A stretch of 61,936 bases of DNA, filler included, from Vermamoeba vermiformis (lineage: Eukaryota), in assembly GCA_045837725.1 (NCBI GenBank). It is 5 parts of 5 records of this genome, joined end to end, with 100 filler letters (N's around TTAATTAATTAA, not from the genome) between each part and the next. Parts side by side here need not be neighbours in the genome. Positions count along the whole stretch, not along the records: positions 17,103 to 43,788 come from JBEWZL010000190.1; positions 43,889 to 53,763 come from JBEWZL010000194.1; 3 more parts are not named here. One strand, written 5' to 3'. The notes below the pieces were generated by a model, which made no database searches, was not told the DNA's origin, and was given only the letters and a program-made list of their open reading frames with translations. Below are positions 37,501 to 47,900 of the stretch, piece by piece; the stretch's first letter is position 1; every line of letters begins with the position of its first letter. Made by a program: the position numbers and the translations under genes.

Positions 37501-38716
37501 GAAGAATTGCATCATTATTTTGACTGGATAATGGAAGTTTCCACGTCAATGCAGGGGATAGTATTCTGTGTTTTAGACGCGTATTTGCCCGAACGAACTC
37601 GCTTGGCTTTGGACGATAGAGTCCACAAGAAAGTCAAGCAAAAGCAAGTTGTCCTCCTGGGAATTGGTTCTCTCACCCCGAGAACGAGCGATTGGAGCCC
37701 AAGCAAATTGCTTCTTGATCCTCCAACAACGCTCGAATACCTCAGTGTCTCAGTCTTCAAACCAAGCATATCAACGTGGGGATGGAGAAATTTATCAAAT
37801 TTGAAGTACTTGCGCATCGACTTGCCTCACGGCATTCAAAGAAAACTCAAAAACGTCGAATCGATTAACGAATACTTTAGTGTTGGTGCTAACACTGACA
37901 CTACAAAGAACATGCTTCAGTGGATCAGCTCTTATATCCCTGGTTTGATTGGCTTGCAAATAGCGCTACACGAACCAGATTGGGAGACGAACACCGCCTG
38001 TTATTACTCGTCGTTATGGGACATTTGCCCATTTGGTCGCCTGGAATATTTGAATGTCATCGGCAGTTTCGATTGGGTTCTTCTTGATAGATGCAAGCTA
38101 CATTTGCCAGGCTCTCTCAAAGCGCTTGCCTTGACGAATGCGAGCCTCCGACAGAAGTCGTGTTCTTCCAAGTGCGAGCACTTATCGCAACTTTTAAGCA
38201 GCAAGACGACACTTCACGTTGGCACTAACACAGGCTTGAATTGGCAAGAAATTCTGATCCATCAAATGTTACCGTAAGCATTACTTTTACTTTTTAATTT
38301 GTTCGTACTAATTGCTACGTAGGTGCTTACATCCGTCCAACGCAAATCCTCCAAGAGTGCACAGTCTTATATCGTTTGTACGACGCTTTGCCCTAACAAT
38401 TTGCACGGAGGTATTAAAGTGGCCTCTTTCAGAACAAGCAAAACGGTACTGCAATTTGATGGATCAAGCTTACGTAGCGTTCGAACCTGTGTTAGTAAAA
38501 ATTCCAGGCAAAGAATTGAAGCGAATCGCCGCGATTGGTCCTGCTATTGACCACAAAGGTACTATCACGTACTTTCCGAGTAGCTACAAATGGAATTCCG
38601 CTATCAAAGAGGATCGCAGCAGCAATTCGTCCAACATTGACAGGAATATGCCATTACCTGAGCTTGAAACTTTAACATTGCGCAATAATTTCGCCGTACC
38701 TAACTTGTTATTTTAA
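34509..38716 (+). CDS. Cassette partner protein copy 2: unrecognised helical N-domain, Pro/Tyr-rich and S/T repeats, F-box and LRR-like region
   Basis: YPLWFEAY...RVYYQVFCAMQYH..CL.KANFYA; ~34-aa repeats APQTVDR..TQVPPVANTVPRSTAS; F-box IPKELLDVIFSYL...TCKEL; LEYLSV and LKYLRI repeats. Confidence 0.75.
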
Positions 38717-39129
38717 TTAAGAATAAAGGGTCGACCAAGCTTAATTTTAAGCAGTTTTTTAAAGCAGTTCAGTGTGTTGCTTAGATCCGATCATTTATTA
38801 ACTTCTTCAACAGTAAGATTAAATATCATTTTATATTTTAACCCAGATCTTTTGGTCGTTGAATCAAGATCTTAGTGTCTCAAACTTTAAACTTAAATAA
38901 CAATAATATTTAAGGTATTGCGACATTCAAATCCTACTATTTAATTATAGTTTGTAACATAACAAAGAAATTGCGAACTTACTCGAGACTTAGATATTTT
39001 AGAATGTAATCTTAAAGCATTTTAAAATTATTATAGGACCAACCTCGATAACTTCTACATAATAAAATTAACAATAATCTCCACTGGAGCGTATCACAAA
39101 GATCTGGTGCCGTTATTTTTTTAAAACTT

Positions 39130-39480
39130 TGACAGATCGACCACAAAGGTCGAAATATTAATTTAAAATTGATTATTAACAGCTGTTAGTCACGCGCCAC
39201 GGTTGCAACGGCCGTTCAGCGCGAGTTATTTTGATTTCCAGTCGATGCCAACTTGGATTCGCATCAGAACGACCACAAGGGTCGGGTTATTGATTATTTA
39301 TTGATTATTAGCACCTGTTAGTGACGCGCCACGTCGTTCAGCGCGAGTTATTTCGAGGATTGACAGCAGCGAATCCAAGATTCGCAACAGATCGGCCACC
39401 AAGGGTCGATCTGGTTATTTATACTGTTAATTTATTCAGTACACACGCGCCAAACGACTTTCAGCGTCGTTCCAGCGCGA
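39130..39480. repeat. Three diverged ~125-bp tandem units, each with a CGACC-N5/6-GGTCG hairpin
   Basis: cgaccacaaaggtcg...cacgcgcca...ttcagcg recurs at about 39135, 39268 and 39390. Confidence 0.75.
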
Positions 39481-41111
39481 GAGACTCAGAACGAGATCTA
39501 GTGTCGTGCGAATCTCGGTGCAATGACCGAGATTATTAAAGGTAATATTTTTATACAATAGTTCCACCTATTATAATATTAATATAACTAAATTCAATTT
39601 TAAATTTTTGATTTTAATTTAATCAGAAATACAGATCGAGCTTAGTGCTCGTAATTTAACCCGATTTTTGTTGAATATCGTTTTATTAATTATAATACAT
39701 TATATTAATGATTAATTTTCAATACAGAAACTCGTCCCGATTTTCTAACGCGATCGAAAGTTCTACTCACTTTCAGATCGCGAGATCTCGACCACCAATG
39801 GTCGTAATATCGTATTGTAGTGCTCTCCGTTCGTGTCCCGCTGCAGGGACGATCACCACTGCTCGCTCGTTGGTTTGGTAACTTGATGGCGAGATCGAAT
39901 CCGCCCAGGCCCTGAAAATAATTGGTAAGTCTTTACATATATTAAATAATAGTAAAATAATCGTATCGATGCGTCGATTATTAATTTAAAAATCAAGTTA
40001 AAATTTTAAAATTATATAGAATCGGATCGAGCTTCGTGCTCGTGTAAAATTTGAATTATTGTTTAATTTATTATTAACACAATATATTAATCATTAATTT
40101 ATAGGTTATTTGAAGCTCAGTACGCAGACGTGACGCAGCAGATCGATCGCGAAGTCTATCGCTTCATTCCCACTACTTTCGCAAGCGTAAGTAATTTAAA
40201 TACGTTAATTTATTATTATTTAACAATCTAAAACTTTTATTTTAGGTGTTAATAGTTGACCAAAGCGGATCTCGAACGCGATCTTCTCGCGTTGACAAAT
40301 CAATTACATTTGTTGTAATGGACCGGTAAGTAATTGTGTAGTTAGACATGGTTCATTACTAACGCGTTATATCATTAGGAATACTGAAAACAACTACAGA
40401 GGAACAATTACGAGATCGAGATCCGACGAGTCGAGATCTGTTAAAATTTGTTTACAGGGCATCGATTGGTTTAAACGTAAGTGATCCCCCTTAAATATTA
40501 CTATTATAACTCACTGATAACAATTTTACGTTCAGGAGATGACGCGGAGCTGGGGCCAGAGTTCCCGCACACAACAACCCGATCTCTCATAAGTTCAGTG
40601 ACGCGCATCGATCGCGTCAAAAGTAAGTAAAATTTACTTTGTATTATTACCGTAAGATACTGACATCTTTATTTCTCATTAGAACCGTCGGATAGAATTT
40701 TTGGTGGATTTGGTGGCGCGAGATCTAGCACGTTAAAATTTTTGTCAGTGCTAACTGATGAACCAAGGTAAGAGAAAAATACGTTTAACTGATCGTTGCT
40801 AACGTTTTTATAGATCGACAACGGTCAGAGCAACCTTTGAGTGACAGAATTCGGATCGGGATCCGACGCATCTCGATCCGTTAAAGTTTTGCTGAAGAGC
40901 TCTGAAGGCTCTTAAAGTAAGTAATAAACATTATATAACTTATTTAATGATAATTCTAATAACCTTTTATTGTTCAGTTAACCCGATTACGCGTTAATTT
41001 TGGACATGGCGCGATCTTGGATCGCTGACAAAAGTCGCCAGCTCTCAATAGGTAAGTTAATTTACGCTTTTATATTATATCTAATCAATTATTAACTCCT
41101 TGATGTACAGT

Positions 41112-41271
41112 TGAAGCGTGTGATTTCTGTAACGAATTGCGAATATCGTTGGAACGATATTGCGCATCGTTAGGGAAATGTCCCTTTCGATAGCATAAAT
41201 AGCGCTGTAACTATCACAATAAACGTCTTCTTATCCTACTCCTTGTCTTACAATCATTTCATTTGGTTCCG
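41112..41271 (+). promoter_or_regulatory. 3' part of a 5' LTR (left boundary uncertain) and primer-binding site
   Basis: CATAAATA at ~41194, AATAAA at ~41218, LTR-like end CA at 41260-41261, then TT and TGGTTCCG, which is complementary to a tRNA 3' end (Glu-like). Confidence 0.6.
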
Positions 41272-41287
41272 AACATACCGGTCAACA

Positions 41288-42307
41288 ATGGAGCGAGATC
41301 TCGTCTCTCCGTTCAAGAAACTGTCACACGTGCCTATTTATAAGGAGCGGGAGGATATGAATATTGACTCTGCTAAAGTCAATAGTTTCATTGCTGCCGT
41401 TGATCCGATTCCTGATCCTGACACGCAACGTCAACAATGCTTTGAATGGTTCACCAACCTAGCTCTCACCGTTCAAATCTTCAGTCTCAACTCTGCCGAG
41501 CTTCTACGTGCTCTGATGACTCGATTGGCTTCTCACAAGCACCACATCCAAAAGTGTCTCAATGTTGACGATCCGCACAAAATTCTCGAGAATCTTTCTG
41601 CAAGCATTCTCAGAGTTAAGGCCTACGCTAGTCTCGATGAAATCCTCAATTTTAGAATGACTTTTAACGAAACTGTTGAAAGTTATTTTAATCGAGCGGT
41701 GGAACTTACAACCCGCTCAGATCTTAAAAGCGAATCTCAACAACTCGATCTGATCCTCAAAGGTTTGCCCAACGACTGGAAAGCTCAAATGGTCACGTTT
41801 CCCGAAGCCAAGAATGTAGAAGAACTCTACCAGCAACTCATTCAACTCGAAGATCGTCGCAGAAAGTTATTCCGACCTAAATCCGGATCTGAACAGAGAA
41901 ATGTCAAACGAACGCCAGAAAAATCCAAAAATTCTGGTAAGCAACAAAACGGTTCCAATTCTACGGCCAATATCACCTGCTTTGCTTGTGGTGGTAAAGG
42001 TCATTATTCGTACGAGTGCAACGTTGCATCTGACACTGCACGCGAAACTTTGCCCTTCGATCCTCGCAACGTCACAGTTCGCAAGAAAGATTATCGTCCC
42101 TCGCCATCAGCCCCTTCTCAGCCCCAGAAGAGTTCAACTCCGTCAGATACGTCTCGCTATGTTGCTCGCTCGCCCTACAAACCACCTGGTCAACGCCCAC
42201 ACGACATCGCCGAAGTCCACGAGATGAATTATGCTCCTCAACATGTCCAATCAGCCCCTAACAACAACAACGTGAGATCTGTGCCTGGATCTCGTCCGGA
42301 AAACTAG
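41288..42307 (+). CDS. gag: Ty3/gypsy Gag
   Basis: ETVESYFNR..EL capsid-like motif, ILKGLP and CCHC knuckle CFACGGKGHYSYEC. Confidence 0.88.
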   Translation: MERDLVSPFKKLSHVPIYKEREDMNIDSAKVNSFIAAVDPIPDPDTQRQQCFEWFTNLALTVQIFSLNSAELLRALMTRLASHKHHIQKCLNVDDPHKILENLSASILRVKAYASLDEILNFRMTFNETVESYFNRAVELTTRSDLKSESQQLDLILKGLPNDWKAQMVTFPEAKNVEELYQQLIQLEDRRRKLFRPKSGSEQRNVKRTPEKSKNSGKQQNGSNSTANITCFACGGKGHYSYECNVASDTARETLPFDPRNVTVRKKDYRPSPSAPSQPQKSSTPSDTSRYVARSPYKPPGQRPHDIAEVHEMNYAPQHVQSAPNNNNVRSVPGSRPEN

Positions 42308-43788
42308 AACGCGACAAGAGTCAAGGCTCAACTGTTGTCGCGCAGTTATTAGAGCCTATGGATAAGAACAATGCGACCGACCACAACAACAAACCCGACA
42401 AGCTAAGCCACATGTATCCGTCTCGAAATTAATGACCCTGCAGTGGATGCATTGGTTGACTCAGGAGCGTCTTTCTCTTTAGTGTGAGTCCCGATGTCTA
42501 CAATGCCCTACCCAACAAACCACCCCTCCAACCTCGATTCGCTTGCTTGGGAGCGCTCAACGATACGCCGATCCCGAACATTGGTGAAATTTATGGATCA
42601 GTACGTATTAATTTGGTCACCTGGATAATACCAATTATTATCGAACCCCATGTATGCGCTCGCAATTTATTCTAAACAAAGATGTTCCTCAGAAAATATC
42701 AAGCGTTACTAAGATCAAGACAACAATCAACTGGAAACACTTCTGGCTGACCCCAAGCACTCGCCCGTTACTCAAGAACGACAATTCATGAATATTCCGC
42801 CAGTCAGCTCCAAATTCATCAAAAGCTCTATTTGGACGAAGAATTAGTTTTGGATCCGCGCCATTTCCGAATCACTTATCAACTTCCAAACATTCATTGG
42901 CTCATTCTCTGGCATAGTAAAACCAAACAGACGTATGCCTTCCAGACGCCTCTTCAAAGCTTCAGTTGGTCGTACTCTTAGTGCTGTCCGCAACGGAGTA
43001 ATGTACGTTCAATTTCTAAATATGGAATATCACGCCGTTACTATTCCTGCTGGTACTTTAATTGGACACTTTGTGCCCTACGATGACATCATCCTTCAAC
43101 ACCATCAAGGTCAAATCGCTTCTGTCGACAATGCTCAAGTCCCTGCCGCTCAGAAAGAAGAATTCTTCAAGAAATTGGATCACTCGTTCCGAAAGTCCAA
43201 GATCAACACTGTTCAGTCACTCGCTCTTAAAGAAGTCTTGTTTCACTACCGTGATTTATTTGCCGACAATGACGAAGGAATGACAAATGTGTCAAACGTC
43301 AAATGTCACATCAATTTGACAGATCCGAATTCTCAGCCAGTTCAAGAACGACTCCGACGCACAACGCCACAACAGAAAGCCGTAATTGATGAAGAGATAG
43401 ATTATATGCTTAAGAACAACGTAATAGAACCGTCTGAATCGCCATGGGCCGCGCCTGTCCATCTCGTCAAAAAGAAGAACGGAACATTTCGCTTTTGTAT
43501 CGACTTTAGAGGGCTCAACGCCCTTACCAAGAAGGACGCCTATCCCCTGCCACGTATCGACGACACCCTGGATTCACTCGCAGGCATGGTTTACTTCACT
43601 ACACTGGATGCACGAAAAGGCTATTGGCAAATCCTCATGAACGTCAACGACCGCGAGAAAACAGCTTTTGTATCACACAGAGGCTTGTTTCAATTCAAAC
43701 GAATGCCTTTTGGTTTAACGAACGCACCAGCAACATTTCAGCGAATGATGGATCTCGTACTTAGCGGTTTGCTCTATGAAATATGCTT
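42308..43788 (+). pseudogene. pol: Ty3/gypsy Pol (protease and RT); frameshifts and stops in the protease region, cut by the contig end
   Basis: ALVDSGASFS, SPWAAPVHLVKKK.GTFRFCIDFRGLN, YPLPRIDD, LDARKGYWQI and MPFGLTNAPATFQR. Confidence 0.92.
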
Positions 43789-43888
43789 NNNNNNNNNNNN
43801 NNNNNNNNNNNNNNNNNNNNNNNNNNNNNNNNTTAATTAATTAANNNNNNNNNNNNNNNNNNNNNNNNNNNNNNNNNNNNNNNNNNNN
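43789..43888. other. Artificial contig linker
   Basis: N run with TTAATTAATTAA. Confidence 0.98.
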
Positions 43889-43957
43889 TTTCAATTAAAA
43901 TTTCGAACTTCCTTTTGTTGGATTTACATATTTTCACAACGAAAGGAGCAGCACAGC

Positions 43958-44774
43958 ATGGGTAATTCGTAAGTTTGATAAAATTAAGGATTAATTGCCT
44001 AATTCTATTATTTAGACAAGCTCGAAATGATTTGCAAAGAGAAGGATTTTTCAGCGCCTTACCGGAAGATATTCTGATCTTATTGACGGATATTTTATCT
44101 ACGAAAGATTTTGTGCGACTAATCATGACATGTAAATACTATTACCACGATTTTTTAGGCGGGGTAAGTCAAATCTGTAATTTCTGAATTTGAAATTAAT
44201 TTTAACGACCTATTAGAATAATGCACTTTGGGCTAGAGTTTGCCGGTCATTAGGAGGGGCTGAAAAGATATTAAAAGAGCTTAAACAAGTTCGTGAAGGA
44301 CCTAATCTGGAATTGAAAGACCTCGATCTGACAGACAAGCGTGTATTGGCCTCTATTGACTTTAAGCACGAAGTTTTTACATATTACGTGCTATTAGTCA
44401 ATAATCAACGCCTGAGAAGAAAGCTCGATGGATTTTTCTTGTACGAAAGTCCCAACATCGTTATCAAAGCCCACCCTTATAGATGGACTTTTTTCTCTCA
44501 CTATTGGACAAGAGCTGATCTAAAAAGCAACAAATATCCGAGAGATTACTTTTACGAAGTGGATTTGACTTACGATCCAGTATCTGTTGAAGAAGTTTTT
44601 GAGGGGTCACAAGAGCTCCCTCATGAAATAGGAGGTCGATTAGTTGTATTTAAGAAGTCCAAACGAAAGGCACGTGCACATGGAGAATTTCTTTCGCGCA
44701 CAGAACTCGACATAGATATTGCGGAGATGCAGCGAACGCTGAATGAACTGGCAAAAGAGCAAGAGGTTGCGTAG
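43958..44774 (+). CDS. F-box protein, multi-exon
   Basis: FFSALPEDILILLTDILSTKDFVRLIMTCK. Confidence 0.75.
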
Positions 44775-44983
44775 TACAGAATACATATTGCTATTGGAGG
44801 CTACAGAAGTTTATGTACGAAGATAAACCAGATCATTTACGCCTGACGTGATTTCAATCGTAGAATGGGGATTCAATCAGGACTGATGGAGTGACACTGC
44901 GGAAAAACCTGGCGCTGTTGTGCTCTCAAATGCGAATTGATTCGTTTTATTATTTTATTGGTTTATTAATACGCAACACGACT

Positions 44984-47900
44984 ATGGCTGCATTCTTCTT
45001 TCGGCTCGAGAGATTGTCTATTTTGATAACCTGCCTACTATTATATTCTTCTGGTGCCTTGGCTACGCTTTACATCAACACGAGCAGTTTTGAAAATTTA
45101 ACGCTGCAGACGGGCCAGTATTATTGGAAAGGTACGTGCTGAATTATTTGGAGAAGCTACATCCGCTGCGACAACGTAATCTTTGTATACCAAATGCTTA
45201 GCAGAAGATTAATCATATTTTTAATCCGTAGGTGATGATATTAACTCAAGGTTCGCGCCATTGACCGCACAGCTCGCTGATTACACCGCATCTAACGTGA
45301 GTGGCAAGATCGTGTTTCAATCTTTTATGGGCTTTAGAGACTGGCTCGGACAAGTTAAATATTTGCAAGAACAAGGTGCTGCTGCCATACTATACGGTAC
45401 TGATTCGCGTAAGTCGCTCTCCTTTCCGATGAATCCTGTTGATGCTATTTTTGGCACGGGGATACGTTCCGAAAATAGAATCTAAGTGCTTATTATGTAG
45501 TTGTCTCGGGGCAATATGGTTGCGCCTTAACTTCGGCTGAACCAACAGGACAAGTGACGATCCCGATTGCGGAGGTATCGCAACTCGAATTCACTCAGAT
45601 CCGCACCGCAATACTTGCAGGAGACATAATTGAAGCTACGCTCACCTCCGAAGGTTTGATATGATAAAAATAGCTGTAAATCGAGTTTCATTTGCTAATT
45701 TGATCTTTTGACTTTAATTTTTTTCCGCAGGAAACCCGTGGAACTTTTTGGCGGGAATACATATGATTATAGTATTCAGAGTAGTATACACCGGTGCTGC
45801 TTCGGTATTGGTGCTTTTTGCGCTGTACAAGCTGGTCACATTTATTCAGTTCAAAGGCTCACATTTCAACGTCTCGCAAGTTTGTCTGGCACTCGAAATC
45901 ATCGCTAATCTGCGTAAGTCGATGGAGCTTTATAATTGCGAATCTAGAACTGCAATGATTTTGTCGCACAAAAGCGGAAATAGCGGCGAAAGAATTTACG
46001 AGATTTTTTCTGACTGCCAAATTCCTTTGCACCAGAGGAAAAAAATCAGGGCGTTTTGCAAGCGTTGTTTTGACCAACACTTCTTGCACGCGCTATTTTC
46101 CCTTCGATTTACAACGCCTGGCGTTACGAAAAAAATAAAACGGTTTACTTTAAAACAACGCCGTTATTTATTGTACCACAACGCTACTAAGCTCCGTTCC
46201 GTTCCCTCGTTCCGTTCTGTTCCTTCCGTCGGCCACGCGACTATTTTTTCTGCAGAAGAAAATGTAAAGTTAGTACTCAATCCGGTAAATTTTTTTTTGC
46301 ACTTACCGCCGGGCGACCACGCTTGGTTGGTGACGATCGTGTGTTGTGCTTTTTTGGTGAGTCACCTCCTGATCAGAAGAAAAGTCAGTTAAGGAATGAA
46401 AACTCGCGGGTATTACTTACTCTTTCGTTTTTTGCTTGCCTTCGTGGTCTTCTTGTTCGTTTTGGGTGGCGGTTGCTCTTCGGCAATACTAGAGGGCTCT
46501 TCGAATGGCGCGGCGCTGGGTTCGTCAACTTGGTCAGTGGCATGACTTGCCACGGATACGCTGTCGGAGATCATCTGCACGTCTTCAATCGTTGCTGACA
46601 CAGCATTCTTGAATTCTTTGTCCTTTGTTTCAGCGAGAGCCTTCTTTGCTGTGTCATGCGACGCCATGCCTAACAAAAAGGGTATCAATACGAGTGCAAG
46701 AGGCGTTGATGTGGACTTACTGCTAAAGCGGATCAAGTTCTCTTGAACAAAGGTGAGCAAATTACCCGAAACCTTGGCTTTGCCAGCTTCATTTGGAGTG
46801 CTCTCGAGGACAGTGGTGGCAATCCAAATCAAGAGTTGATCTTTGCCTTCTTCAGTCTTGAAATAGTCGCCGAAGTTGGCACGTTGGATGCGTTCGGTTG
46901 GTGAACCCCAGGGATAGTTCCAAGCAGCATCACAGATTTGAGACCTCAATTTGTGACGAATGCCTCGAACTAAATTATGAGCCTAACAAGAGAAGATGAG
47001 TTGAGACAACAACGAAAGAGTTTTGCGGATCGGATTCGCTTACGTGCCGCGAGACGTTTTTAATCCTGTCATCATCGACAATGACCAAGTTGCCTTTGCC
47101 ATCCGTTATTTTCCATGACTTGAGATCCAGACTGTTCACCCAATTGGTTACAACCCGATCCACGAAGAGTGCAGGATCGGCGTAGAACGGTTTCATGATG
47201 CTCTTCATGGGTATCGCTTTCTTCAAAGAGTTAATCGATATGAAAGATATAAGTCCCTTTGAGCTTACCCACACATCGTCATCCTTCGCTGGAATTGCCG
47301 CCGCTTTCTTCTGCGGAGTTTTCTTCTGAGGCTCGCCGGATGTGATGATGTAGCGGATGTGGGCAACCCATTGAGGCTTATCAGCAAGCTGCTTGAGCAA
47401 ATCAGACGTTGTAATCGCTGAAATAAACCAGCGATTAAACTCTGCGATATTCTGAGGCCTAAATTAAAGTAAGTTAGATTGGAGCTTAAATCGGATTTGA
47501 AACAAAAAGAACGAAAACAAACCCCCATGCGTCAGTGTCCGTGTTATCTTTGTTCAATGAGGTGGTTCGTTGACTATTAAGATCAATCAATCAGTCAGTT
47601 AATCGTTAGCAAAGTTAAAAGAAATTTAAATCCGCGAACACAATTTTAAATCGCCACCTAGGCGTTAAATGTGTAATAAATAAAATAAATGACAGTTGTG
47701 ATATAACTATGGTACGTACGCGTTAGTGTTCGATGCCATTATAAAAGCTAAGCAAGATCTGAATTTGCAGAGGGTTCTGAATCCGAGCTCCTTTTGAACA
47801 AAAGGCCTATTAGTGGTGCGATAAACATGACTATTAACACGATGCATTTCTATAGTATATTTAAAGGTATTTACTTACGTAATTTGAGTTGTGGTGCTGT

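Larger units (their letters stand above)
26328..38716. mobile_element. Putative large YR-mobilised DNA element; ends not defined
   Basis: Compact block of YR, three small hypothetical genes, a NEIL-like glycosylase and an F-box partner. A homologous cassette occurs again at 17861-23541. Confidence 0.55.

Noticed and set aside
26328-43788. One DIRS-like retroelement combining YR with gag-RT
   Set aside because: The RT is Ty3/gypsy type with an aspartic protease and a PBS. The YR is intron-containing, on the opposite strand and 12 kb away, so these are more likely independent elements.
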